DNA of 60,969 bases from Phoronis australis (lineage: Eukaryota; Animalia; Phoronida): positions 154,561-215,529 of the forward strand of contig NMRA01000627.1 of NCBI GenBank assembly GCA_002633005.1, given 5' to 3'. The notes under the pieces are model-generated. The model saw only the letters and a program-made list of their open reading frames with translations. It was not told the origin of the DNA and made no database searches. This document shows positions 25,853 to 38,339 of this stretch, piece by piece (position 1 is the first letter of the stretch; each line of letters opens with the position of its first letter). The position numbers and the translations under genes are program-made.

Positions 25853-26734
25853 TGTTGGATGATTGACTGTGGGTTTGTTTATAAAGTAGCTATGTGCGTA
25901 GATGGAGAGTGAGTAATTAAATCCAGTAATTAATTTATTATATGATCAGCCCTAATTAGACAAGTGAAACCTGCTGTTAATTAAGTAATCATTTACAAAG
26001 AAGAGTAACTACGCTAGCGCCCTCTTTAAAGATTATTTTAATCAATCAACCAAAATAATCAAATGTCTTATCTGCTATCCAAGCTAGGACTCTCCACTTG
26101 TTGGATGTCTGTCCTGTTGGTGAATCTTCGAACTACACACACAGTATAGCGACAGTGTACTTACTGGTCACCGTCTCTGGTGATGCAACACTTGAAGGCA
26201 ATTTCTTCTACCCGCGATTCTTCTTGTTAGTCATAGTCTCTGGCTGGTGACGCAACACTTCAGGTAGTATCTTACTACCCACGATGCAAGTGACAAGCTC
26301 TTGGTTAACTTCCTGTTCGTTAACCCTTGCCAAGATCCTTTCTAGAATCTTCCACGAGATGGCTCTGTCGTACAATTTCTTCTGTACGCCGTAGCAAGTC
26401 TTTATGCTTCAACTACTATGACTCATCTGAATATCTTGTTGATTTTAGCCCATAATATAACATTCTACTTATTTAGTGATTGGCTAATAAAAAACACACG
26501 ATTATATCCAATCATGAATTGGCTGTTGCAGTTTGTTCTCAGAATTTTCTAGAATCTCTAGAGTACTTTGACCCCAGAACTAAAAGTTGTGAACACCATC
26601 TAAAAATAGATTTTGACATTAAAGTACATGTCAACAAGTCTGACCCCTTGATTTAAAAGTACAAGTGCACAAATTGGGGGCTACTTAAAATGGATCTGTT
26701 CTTACTAATTACTTAATCAATATTTATTCTGACA
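25853..26734. mobile_element. Solo LTR (882 bp)
   Basis: TG...CA ends, 5-bp TSD ACATG; empty site in the paralogous flank near 47750. Confidence 0.8.
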
Positions 26735-27778
26735 ACATGGTTTTGTGTATGTCGATTTCCATACTCCAGCAGGTTTGACGATGCCAATATTTATCAAATC
26801 ATATCACGGTTGTACGTCACGAGAAAACAACACACGAAGATCTTGATAACCGACTTAGAAACTAGACCGATACGTGATATCTTGCATGAATCGCAGGCGG
26901 AGATAAGCGAGATCATAGCAGACATCACCTGTTAGTTCACATGAATTGCGTCAAAACATATATGTAAACGACCAAGTCGTTTTTACTGTGCATTTATAGG
27001 CTTTCGATAAGCTTCACATTTTAAACATTGTGAAAATGGTACAAAAAGTCGGTATGCATGGTACCATCCGTGTAAAGCAAGATATAGACAGTATACTTTC
27101 CGTAATACAAGTGCTACTGAACACCAGAAGACTTCTACTAAGGACATGGTCAGGTGACCCGACTGATGGCAGATTGGTAAAAAAATCAAAATCAAATCCT
27201 ACAGGCTGTATGCTTTCAAAACACATGCAGTTTTACAAAGCAAATACTTGAAAACATGCACTTTTACTCTGTATATTTTTGGCTAACAGCACAGGCTGAT
27301 GAATAAGGCTCCACATATCCTTTAAAACACCTGTCTTGCTGTCGTAATGCCGGCAAATTTATACTGATGTTTGACAGAATACGCTATTGGCTTATAATAA
27401 AAGGCAAACTTCTTGAAATATCGATAAGTGAAGGACATCATGTCGCACATACATGTATTTCCCACTACGATAAAGAATCCGCGGTCATATAGTCGATGGC
27501 TAAGACTGGTATAGATAGCTGTGTTGAATGCCATCCGATGTCAAAGGCTTAAATAAATTGGTGGACTTAACCTAATAAAGCAGAAGAAGGGGTTGACAAT
27601 GTGTTACATTCATCTGTTTTTTAAATTACTGAACCGCTATATGCAGAAGAGAATTTCTGACCTCCAAATCTGGGTCGATATCAGGCGAAAGTCGCTTTCT
27701 CGCTTTCATTACTATAGAGAACGTCAATATGAAAAGTTCCTTGTTGGGTTTTGTATAAAATTACTTTATATCCATTAA

Positions 27779-28119
27779 AAGGATATTCAACCTCTATTGA
27801 TAATTTCAGGCAAACTTCTTTCTGTCTCATTGTTCCCAATCATGAAAACTAGAAGCAGGAATCAACTACGTACTTATACTTCCTATGTCAAAGATTGTAT
27901 ATTATGATTCTCGGTTGTTTTTATCACAGTTGCCATGTAATTTGCTAAAAGGCTTGGTCACGCTTGTCCGCTTAGCAAACATCGAAACGAGTTTTAAAAT
28001 TTTCCTCCAAACGTTTGAGGGTTGCCAAGTGTTACATAGCATTATTTTGTTTCAGGGAATTGAATCAAAATGTCGCTTTTAGTATCTGTTAATAGGACAC
28101 AACCGGGCCAAGTATCCTT
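27779..28119. mobile_element. Kolobok-like MITE, also present at ~48727-49044
   Basis: TTAA|AAGGATA ... TATCCTT|TTAA. Confidence 0.45.
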
Positions 28120-28973
28120 TTAAACAGCCTCCTGATTTCTAAGAAACTCGAGTTGTGTTATTAAGGCACTTCCAAGAATACGATAGTATATCACTCCGGC
28201 TGGTCTGCTTACTCAGCTTGTCCGGAATCTGCTTTGCCAGGTTGTTATAGCCCAGTTGGCTGTTTGGTGTACTCATTTGGTACTTTATATGATATTTGCC
28301 CATTTGGCAGTTTTTACCAACTTGGTACTTATTGAATTTGCCGATTTGCTTAACCCAGTTGGTAGGCAATCGGCCAATACCCATTTGGTATTATGTACCC
28401 ATTTGTTACTATGCTAACCTGTGCCACTTAGTATCCGATACTCAATTTCACTTTGGATATCGGAAATGTGTGTGTTATCAGTTGTAATTAAGGAACCCAC
28501 CCCAAAGGCATCTGGTTCCTTCAGCGAAATATTTACTTGTAGAGTTGTGACCCTGAAATTCCCAATACAACTTAAAATATATATTATTCTTGTGGTTTTA
28601 TATGTCCCCAATAATCCCAAAACTGCGTTTTTGTCGTACAACGATAATGCCCTGTTAAATGAAATTTCAAGAATCGGGAGAAACTTTCAAACATTTATAC
28701 ATACACAGCACTGATTCGTAGTTTAAGCGCAAACAATCTAAAATTACAACTTCTTCATAAAACAAATTCCTAACGTTTCTTCTCGCATTTTTCGCGTGAG
28801 CAGCTCATTAGTAGTATATGTCAACCTCAAAACGTTTGTGTTTTATTAGGAGATTGCTGATTGTTGGGCTCCCGGCGAAAGCGTGTAGCGCCCTTATAGG
28901 GCTTTATCGTTTTGCCATTGAAAATGATATATTTATCAAATGAGTTAAGACTTCTTGATATTATGTAGCTCTG

Positions 28974-29215
28974 TCAATTATTTGAAGACTTCTTTTGGAA
29001 TACCATCTTCTCCAGGGGTTTTATCGTTTTTAAGTTTATTTGTTGCGTGATTGATTTCGGACACGTCGATTTCCTTATTAAGTTGTACCAGGATTTCATC
29101 ACCAGGTGTGTTGGCACAGTCATTGCAGTTTTCGTCATGCTCTCGCATTTCATCCAACAAATTATTAAGGAATTCCCCGTTTTCAATGTTCAAAAGATTT
29201 TTTGTGCATAAGATT
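28974..29215 (-). mobile_element. Non-LTR retrotransposon (LINE) ORF2 fragment
   Basis: LNKEIDVSEINHATNKLKNDKTPGEDGIPKEVFK, the typical pre-RT K-x-PG-x-DG motif. Confidence 0.75.
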
Positions 29216-30135
29216 TTTCATGTAAAGGAAACGTACTACCTCCATGTCTTGCAATACTAAACAATGAGGCATGCTTTATATTGTGTTCTTTATTTCATGC
29301 CCCAAAATGTCGCGTAATATTTTTACACCACGTGACCGCTACTTGCTTGAAATGACCCGTTTTTCATTTCAGCATAAGTTCCTGATAAAAAATAACAAAA
29401 CAGTGGTCGATTTCTTGTTTGATTTATATTTATTTGTGTCAGTGCGTTGGAAATTGTGTGTTTTAAATTAATTACCGTCAAACAACGGATATATCTGAGT
29501 AATTTCCCTTTTTATAACACCATATAAAGGTTTGACAGCCAATATACCCGTTGGTCGAATGTAAAACAAAAAATGAGAATCTCGCTCGGCTATGACCATG
29601 AAATGTGTGTGCATAACTTGCGTTGCGAATCAACATTCGCACTAAAAAGTAGGTGTCTCAATGTGCTAAAAGTGTCCAAAATGGAAAGCAATGGAATGGC
29701 TTTTAAACATTTAAGTTTATCATTTTGTTACCATCAACTGAAGTCAGCCCAAGCCACTTGCACCTTTTAGGGATCGATCACGATTCTAAAGAGTGTAATG
29801 CGTAGCAATGGAAATTGTAGCTCAAAACTTAAATAATATGGTGTTTGATAAAGTTTTAAAGTTTTACGAAGCTTGAAAATTCCCTGAATGTTGTTTTTGG
29901 GAAATCAATGGTATCGTTGATTTTGACAGCAGTTATAAAGATTTTCCATGAATAAAATGTTCAGATCTAGAAAGTGACAAGTGAAAAATAAAATTCAAAA
30001 ATTCTATTCCAGCACAAAAGTTTATTGAAATTTTCGAGTTTGAATATTTTTAATAGTACATAAAATTTATCAATGTTTTCCGATTCTAAATTGCTTATAG
30101 TTTAAGCCGTGTCGTGGGCGCTGTATTATTCTGAG

Positions 30136-30221
30136 CTAAAGTTCACAGATGTAATGTGCTTTGTCGCTGCAGGCCTTGATTTCCAAGTTCTGGGAACTGA
30201 AATTGAAAACCGCGCATCCGT
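30136..30221 (-). CDS. Copy 2 last exon: CTLD C-half
   Basis: GCAVFNFSSQNLEIKACSDKAHYICEL*, visible at the end of ORF 30136..30435. Confidence 0.8.
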
Positions 30222-33200
30222 CTGAAAGAGAGGCAAGAGTCACATGGTATGAGTAATACAGTAACAGTGAAATAATTGTGGTGCCAGTTACTTGAAAACT
30301 CCACAACTCCTGGTGTTCGTGAAAGAAATATGTTTGACCATAAAAATATATGTAAACAACCAAATTTGGTTTGGGCGTAGCATTTGTGTTTTGCGAGTAC
30401 AAAGAGTATTCTGGAATTATTTGCCCAGGCTGCACTAATATAAAATTTGCTCTAACAGGGCGAATTTAGAGAGGCAGGGTGCGACTTGTTCGGAAACGAC
30501 CAGAAAAAAACACGGCCGACATGCCATGTGTAGGGCTTATGCGAACATTTGTCTTCACAAAATGGTGATTCGCCACCCAATTGGTCGTCAGAAAAGTGTG
30601 AGCCCCTCCCCTTTCATCTCAGCTTGACCCGCTAGTAAAATACGGAACATAAAGTTCAAGACAGAATGAGTAATTAATTTACACGATTCTCAAAAACTAA
30701 CCCAGCTGAAATCCACGGCCGATGAGCACGTTCATGTACAATGCACGTGACTTACATGTACAAACCTGGGCCCGGAATCTAATCTTTGAACTCGAAACGT
30801 TCTCGAAATAATTTTCGTAATTTCTCTGCTATTTTTGTGCGTACTCAATATAAGTGGTTATCACACTGTGCTCGAACACATTATAGTTTATATATCATGA
30901 GTTTCTCGTCCAAGTTTGCATTTCATGAACCTTTATATTCGTGCTTCAAACTCGAGTAAAACTCGAGATTTCGAGTTCAAACTCGAACTTTTACCCGTAA
31001 TATTGGGTTTATAAACTGTAAACTAGGACTAAACAATTATCTATATAAGTTATTGTGTACTCGATCATAGAATAATAGACAACTATACCACAATATTAAC
31101 TTCCAATGGCAAATACAAACGTGTGATAACCCATTTAGTTATCTCACTAGTGAGATAACATTTTGGCGTTAAACCGAGGCAGGTTTCGAACCCAGGCCTC
31201 AAGAGTTTTGGGTCGCCGACTTTACCACTCCACTCAGCGGCTGACGTCATCGAGCGTGAAAATAGAATACTTAAGTGAGCACGTTCAATAATCCCATGTT
31301 CAACAAAGGGCATTGTACTGACATTTATAAGCTATGAAAAATAAGACGCATAATTTCCAGCAAAACGATATTTTAATTGAGTGAAATTTATCTCTCATTT
31401 TCTTTCACTTGTAAATCCCCGATGTCCAATTTGAATGCGGATATCGTATCGTCGGGATCCTTTGACTTGAGAATTATACTCAGTTACCAGTGGTAACCTA
31501 CTTTAGCAGACGATAGTTTCCCGGTCGAAGTTTGACGTGATAAAATGTGTTTTAAGCTGTACTAGTTGTTAAACTTTATGACTTTATTTCTATTTTGTTT
31601 AAATTTTCAATTGGTTTTAAATAAAATCATTATTAAACAAAAATAGCTCGGCTTTTCTTAAAAGGTCACGACCTCAGAAAGTAGTTACAAAGCCGAAGCG
31701 AGTCGAGAAAGGTAAATCAATTTATTGCGATGTTTCTCGTTTAGTATGTGGTATAATATAATTCTCAAAATCCACGAGGGTTCTAGATAAGGGGCATAAC
31801 GACTGAGAACATGTAATAACCTATGTTCATCATGAGTTCGCATAAAAGTAGAGCAGAAATTTCCAAACTTAATTCGAAGTTCAATTTTGAGTAAAAACAT
31901 TAGAACCCTCGGTCAGGACTGTTTCTTTACTTCAATTTAGAACGTGAAGTTAACTTCCTTAACGCAATGAAAATATAAGTAGCGCTTTAGCAAATTGTGA
32001 TCACTATTTTAAGAGTTTAACTTTACTCCTGCTCAGTGAGTTTGAACGCTAACGATTAAAACATAGACTTAGAAGTAATATGTTAATTCAGTTTATTAAA
32101 AAAACGCAGTTTTATTTTAAAAGAACAGTATACCAGTGAAATTTGTTTGTCACAATTGTTTCGAAAGATATATTGAATTTGGGATTTTTTGTATTACAAT
32201 ACATAGAAGTCAATTTTCAAACGCTTACGAAAGGTTAATTCTTACCAGCTACACTCCACACCTCAACGTCGGTCCATTTAACATTGTATCCACAGCCGAG
32301 TGTGCCGTTGTAGACGTATACTTTGCTGTAGCAGTAGCCGTTAGACGAGAAGTACCTGTTTGAGCTGTCATACGAGTAGCTACCACTGAAGAACTTCAGG
32401 CCTTGACCCCTGCCAAATGTTGGACCATAGTTAGAGTTATCGTACACAGCACCTGGTTTATACCTGCGCTTACTGTACCTGACTGATGTACATCCCTGTC
32501 TACACAGCCGAAACACGAATGTGTTGTAGTCGGGCTTGTAGCCGTTGACACTTGTCCAGGACACAGAGGCATAACCACCGATCGTGGTTCCACTCGTTGA
32601 ATCTATCCCAATAGAGATAGTTGGGCCCTTATTGTTGCATCTGCTGTGAAATACTGAAGCGTTCATTCCATCACGTGATGCCCGGTACAGGAGCTTGAAT
32701 GTCTTTGTCGGGAACCATTTTCTCAGCAAAGCTACGTGGGCTGTAGTCAATAAGTTTGAACTCAGAATGGCTCCCATGTCTAAAATTCAAGCGTATTATA
32801 CAAACATGAAGTATCATACATGTTTCGAAGCTGACAGTGCAATTGCGCTATTGGGATTATAGCCAAATAATAAAAATGGCGGTTACCGAAATGTTAGTTT
32901 ACACGATTTTTGTCACATTAACGTCCGAAAAGGAGTCACAATGAAACGTGAAACCTGAGTAGTTTATTCATGAACACGCCAACGTGACTGAATACTGGTA
33001 AAAACGACAGACAGTTAACAGTACTTTTTTCAAACATCCAAAATATTTACTTTATTAAAAATGCTAGATAACAAAAAGCCCCATATACACACTGCAATTG
33101 TGTACAGACTTGTTGAATGCGTAAACAATATACACATCAATATAAGAACGTCCACATGAACAAATTTTCCATGCAACATAGACTACGAGTAAACAGGTTT

Positions 33201-34201
33201 ACCACTACAACAAGATTGCTTAAGTACAAAGTATTGCAAATTAAATAACATTCATTGACAGAAACTTCTCATTCCAATATTTCATTACATTTGATACGTT
33301 TATTGGACGGAAGTAACACAACAGAGGAAATTTTACCATTTTCATCCTCTACATTAGGTCTGAAGCCTCCCCACTTTTCTGAGTTATTGATTAAGGTTCA
33401 AAAAACCGTCAAAATCAAAGTTAGTGAATACTTTAACAGACTACCTATCACCACCTAAACACACAACCTTTAAATATAAGGTCCTGGCTCAACTATGTAC
33501 CAAAATATAATTACACAATACAGGAAAACACTGACGTAACACATGTCTGAAGCGTAAAGTAAGATAGTGGCGATAATCTATTTCCAAGATGATGGGATTT
33601 TGAAATAAGGTTGTGCATCGTACAGAGTGGAAGGTTTCTTTAACTAAAATGCTTTTGAAAATTTGATATTTAACGTCATTGGCATTAATGCATTTTCCCG
33701 TATTTTACCTGCAGCCCATATGGTGTCGCTCTTTCTCAAGGAATCTTGACCCGGGAAAGTTCTCAAACGATTAGAGTCCATCAAGACTACGTGAGAATTG
33801 CCTTCATGGCATTTCCTTTTCACGGTTTCCCAATCTGCTGATGTGTTACTCAGTTTGAAACACGAATGTCTAAAATAACGATATTGACTTGGGCAGTACA
33901 GTTTACTTAGAATGCGTTCGAAGGAAGACGATGACATTGCTCGTTGACGTATCACTTCCTGGAGTAACTCCGTGTGAGAGCGATTCATGTTTTTTCGCAT
34001 TTTTTCAAGCTTCGTTTGAAAGTTAGTTATGCTTTTCAGAACAGTCGATTGAAAGTTTCGGTTGTTGTTTTCTTCATCTTTCAGCAAGGAGATGACGGAT
34101 TCTTCAAGAACAGACCTCTTTACGACAGCCGAAGTCTCCTGGGAAGGCGCGACTTTGTGACGCAACACAACGAAGACCACAAGCAGATTAACGTAGAACA
34201 T
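30136..34201 (-). CDS. Copy 2 (type B): same architecture; exons 34201-33709, 32779-32246, [30309-30292 micro-exon], 30221-30136 (~370-376 aa)
   Basis: GCAG|GTAAAA, TTTTAG|AC, GCTG|GTAAGA, TTTCAG|AC; frame intact; AATAAA at 30021-30026. Confidence 0.85.
30765..31917. mobile_element. ~1.15-kb TIR element in intron 2 of copy 2
   Basis: Imperfect TIRs CCTGGGCCCGGAATCTAATCTTTGAACTCGAAA / TTTTGAGTAAAAACATTAGAACCCTCGGTCAGG; absent from paralogous introns. Confidence 0.6.
31173..31241 (-). pseudogene. tRNA-derived / Pol III promoter-like segment
   Basis: A-box-like GAGTGGAGTGGTAAAG and B-box GGTTCGAAACC; poor acceptor and anticodon stems. Confidence 0.5.
32246..32779 (-). CDS. Copy 2 TLDc exon (534 nt, phase 1-1)
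   Basis: TLDc motifs as in copy 1; splice sites in homologous positions. Confidence 0.9.
33020..33545 (-). mobile_element. ~520-bp insertion in intron 1 of copy 2, possibly a retroposed 3' end
   Basis: Absent in copy 4 (~55295); minus-strand AATAAA followed by a short A-run at the left edge. Confidence 0.4.
33709..34201 (-). CDS. Copy 2 exon 1: signal peptide, coiled coil, CTLD N-half
   Basis: ORF track 33644..34201, truncated at the conserved donor after IWAA. Confidence 0.85.
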
Positions 34202-34944
34202 TTCTGCTCATGGGTTTGTCGACCAAAACATGTACAGTTAGACCGTTTCACAACTCCAACGATCAACAAATGTCCTCAGTTGTAGAGAGTTTCTCAAGGT
34301 TGTGAAACTGACATAGACATAACATTTCTTGATAAGGTGAACGTTTATAGTAAAGTGAAATGTTTTTCTTGTAAGAGAAACACTGAGATTAGATAAGTCC
34401 ATGAAAATGGTCAATAGTTTATGAGCAAGATACAGCGACACATGTATGTTGACACTTATATCAACAAACTCATGAGAGTAAATTCTGATTTTTGCATGAA
34501 AGTCATCACGTGTTCAAATAAGCAATATCTGTGTAATGAGAAGCAAAATTTTCAAAGCGTTCCTACAGTGAATATTTGCACTTTTTGAAATTCTAGACCG
34601 TGTATAAAATTTTTTTTTACAAAAATCTAAGAAAGAAATACTTATTTTGGGCTATAATTGAGGAAATTTGAATTTTAAAGGAAAATAGTGTTTCATTCTC
34701 TACGTAAGCCAACCTTACACAAACACTGTTTGCACAAAAGTAGACGAGAAAACGTGCATTTTTTACGCCGCAGTCTCTAGCGAAGTTCTCAGCACATCAA
34801 AAGATTGATGGTGCTGTCACAGATTAAGTGGGTTGGATGCTATTCATGAGCTTGTATTGGATGAAATACTTGTTGTCGTAGTAAAGAAAAAACAATAAGC
34901 AACAGATGCGATCAACGTGACTGCTTTCAAAATTCAAAAGTTAA

Positions 34945-36802
34945 GAGTGACTCCATATATAAACCAACAGGTAGAGTCTATACCCAAAATCACAGATTTT
35001 TTTGAAACTTAGCACATGAGTTTGGTATGTTGAGATGTATAAAAACCTCACTTTTCAAGAATTTTCATTCATTATTTTTCTTTTTATGACCCGTACCTCC
35101 ATTTTGCAACAAAATTGGGCGTCGAAGTAGGCATGTTTGAATGCATTTTACTAGCATGTGTGGTAAGGTCAAAACAAATGAACAATACGAATTGAAAGGT
35201 CAATGGCTGAATAATTTAATGGCATAACTTTCAAAATTCATTTTTAAATTTGTACGTTTTGAATTTATAAGTCAAAAAAGGCTATTTTTCATGTTTTCAC
35301 TGAAGCCATTTTTGGCCAAATTTGGCACTCTGTAGCAGCCATAACGCACCTTTCCTGAAATTGACTTTATGATAATTTGTTCATTCACTCCTAACCTGTT
35401 CATAATCTAAAATAAAAAATCTTGCCTCTAATGTAGTTTTTGCGTACGAAGCANNNNNNNNNNNNNNNNNNNNNNNNNNNNNNNNNNNNNNNNNNNNNNN
35501 NNNNNNNNNNNNNNNNNNNNNNNNNNNNNNNNNNNNNNNNNNNNNNNNNNNNNNNNNNNNNNNNNNNNNNNNNNNNNNNNNNNNNNNNNNNNNNNNNNNN
35601 NNNNNNNNNNNNNNNNNNNNNNNNNNNNNNNNNNNNNNNNNNNNNNNNNNNNNNNNNNNNNNNNNNNNNNNNNNNNNNNNNNNNNNNNNNNNNNNNNNNN
35701 NNNNNNNNNNNNNNNNNNNNNNNNNNNNNNNNNNNNNNNNNNNNNNNNNNNNNNNNNNNNNNNNNNNNNNNNNNNNNNNNNNNNNNNNNNNNNNNNNNNN
35801 NNNNNNNNNNNNNNNNNNNNNNNNNNNNNNNNNNNNNNNNNNNNNNNNNNNNNNNNNNNNNNNNNNNNNNNNNNNNNNNNNNNNNNNNNNNNNNNNNNNN
35901 NNNNNNNNNNNNNNNNNNNNNNNNNNNNNNNNNNNNNNNNNNNNNNNNNNNNNNNNNNNNNNNNNNNNNNNNNNNNNNNNNNNNNNNNNNNNNNNNNNAG
36001 TGTTTAAATTAACCTGATTATGTAAAAGAAATGAAGGAATAAAAAAGGGTTACACGTACATTTTTATATATCCTCAAGCTCAACCTCAACTGACTCCCTC
36101 AGTGGGCAAAGGTCATCGGGTTCAGTTTTGATACTAGCCGCGTAATAAACCCGGAAACATCTTGTTTTCATTTGAAAGACTTTAGACTTGGTTTCTATAA
36201 CTAGTTAAAGCAGACTTCTTGCCCAAAAGTTTGTTCAAATGGTCTGTAAACTCTGCTCGTCATTTCCAAACTATGAAAATAGACTGTTTTGCAAGACAAT
36301 TTTCACTAAAGTGTAAAGTTGAGGCAAGATTTTTTATTGCTCAGTCATCAAGACTAACTCTTTAACTATATGTTCAAAACGTCCCATAAGGCTACAAGGT
36401 GTTTTATGGCAGTGAGAAGGTCACAAAAATGGCCACTAAAATTAGCCCCAAAAAGTGGTCTGTGGATTATCTCCCCTGTCTAGCACAAAACTGTCAGATT
36501 TTAATAAATGACACAGAATTTTGCACAGTATACGTTGGTTATTTCAGCCACCAAAATATAGCTTTTGATCTATTTTGTATGTTACTCATTTTTGTTGCTG
36601 AAAACATGCGATTTTTGAGACGTCTAATATGCCCAATTGTGCCAAGTTGTGTTATCATGCTCCAGCGGCGAAATTAGAGGTCATTGAGTGCACAAAATTT
36701 GGCATTTGGGTTTTTGTTAGGATACCTACCCATGTACAAAAAATGAATTTTGACGTATAGACTGATTTTTGAAAATCTACTGGTTTTTATATGGACTGCC
36801 TC
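34945..36802. mobile_element. TTAA-targeting TIR element (Sola3- or Kolobok-like), spanning the assembly gap
   Basis: TTAA|GAGTGACTCCATATATAAACCA ... TGGTTTTTATATGGACTGCCTC|TTAA; empty site near 56825. Confidence 0.6.
35454..35998. other. Assembly gap
   Basis: 545 consecutive N. Confidence 0.99.
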
Positions 36803-36978
36803 TTAATATAAGTCGTCTTTGAATTTTTTAAATCGGCGCATTTTTAGAGAAGTTAGCAAAATATGTTTTCTTCAGCAGTGCGGCTGAGCCACACGGATTA
36901 ATTTACTTTTATAATTGGACAGGTTACTCACAGTCTGACTTTTGCGTTAGGTAGACAAAAGGCCAAACGTTAAAGTAT

Positions 36979-38319
36979 AGAGCTAATTCACGCGGCGGAC
37001 ATTAAAATCCAAAGCGGGGCTCACTGCGATAAACAAAGGGGAAGTTGAGATTGCAAGTGTTAAATGGCTGGTCTTTCGAGTCCAACTTGGATATTAAATC
37101 TTAAAAATGTCTCAATAATTTATCAAAGAGACGTAGAATAATACATTAGAGAACAAGTCAATGCGCCAACGAGTTGTCTGATGTAAGGGTATAAGTTTTT
37201 TTTTCGGAAAAGTACAGTTGAAGCAAAAAAATTAAATATAGCCAAATTGCGGCGACATTAATGTTACGGATTAGGTATAATGGTGAATGCAGGTTTACGT
37301 ATCTTCTTGTAAATTGTTGGTAATGCTTTCTACACGAACCAGTTGATTTGTCATTGATCTGAAAGAATAATTGATGTTATTAAATATATTTTTATTGGTA
37401 TAAATAACCAAGTTCGTAATTGAAAATAAAAATTTTTGACCATCAATTCTGCATTCTTGGTTTAATAATTTTTACGTCTATTTCATATGTTAGGTTTCAA
37501 ATATCAATATAGACCAAGTTGAATTTTAAAATTAAACCACCTTATTTGTTCGTCCAAAGCATAACCTCATTTTAGAGTTCAATTTCACTTAACTGGACAG
37601 AGTAAGCATAGTTATCATATTTCTTCAGAGACCTCGTTCATCCGAGAGGAAAGGTGCCTGTGCCTTCTGAGAGGGGAATTTTTTCGCTGAGTGAGGGGGA
37701 AAATCTACCTCCCGATCACAATCAATAGCACTCCCGCCTGTTGCAAGTTCTCATAGGCTCTGTCTCAAGTAGCACTTTGTGCTCTTTCAAATTGTTACCT
37801 GTGTGGTTAGGTGATTTGAAATTGGAGGAGAAATTTTCAATCACTAGGGGAATTTTTAGGCCTCGTGGGGGTATATTGGGTGATATTTCAATACTTTTAG
37901 AGGTGAATAAGGCCGATATTTGGTCCCAAAATGGAGGGATTGTGGGTCCTGTCGTTTTTGGAGAGAAAAATGCATCATGTTTCAACCCGTAGTTATGAAA
38001 ACACAGCCTAGCTGGCCGAAGATTCTCTGTTGCTGTGATGCTCGGCAACCGAGATGAGACAAAATTTAATATGATCTAATTCTATAAAAACATTCACAAA
38101 TTTTACACGGACATATTTTCCGTCGTCGCGGCTTATGGCAACGACCCAACGCTTCCGAATCTCAACGTCCTTAGGGGTTGTAAACAGACAGTTGAGTGTC
38201 CGTATTTTTTCTAGCTGTTGGAGCAACGCGGAATACAACTACTAGTGCCGATAAGCCAACAGAGCTATCGTAGCAAGCATCATTTTGGAACGCGCCTCCT
38301 GTCGGCGTGAATTAGGTCT
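36979..38319 (-). mobile_element. TIR element with THAP zinc-finger relic (ISL2EU/PIF-like)
   Basis: AGAGCTAATTCACGC / GCGTGAATTAGGTCT; empty site near 56953; minus-strand CIPRCSN..LFTTPKD..RKRWVVAISR..RLC fragments. Confidence 0.6.
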
Positions 38320-38339
38320 GTGGGTTGCCTAATATGTTT

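Noticed and set aside
27030-27251. ORF pair 27030-27251 / 48026-48286
   Set aside because: The frames are not collinear between the two copies; no recognisable domain.
31173-31241. Functional tRNA gene
   Set aside because: Acceptor and anticodon stems do not pair properly; kept only as a tRNA-derived relic.
35440-36012. 190-aa ORF
   Set aside because: Artifact of the N gap.
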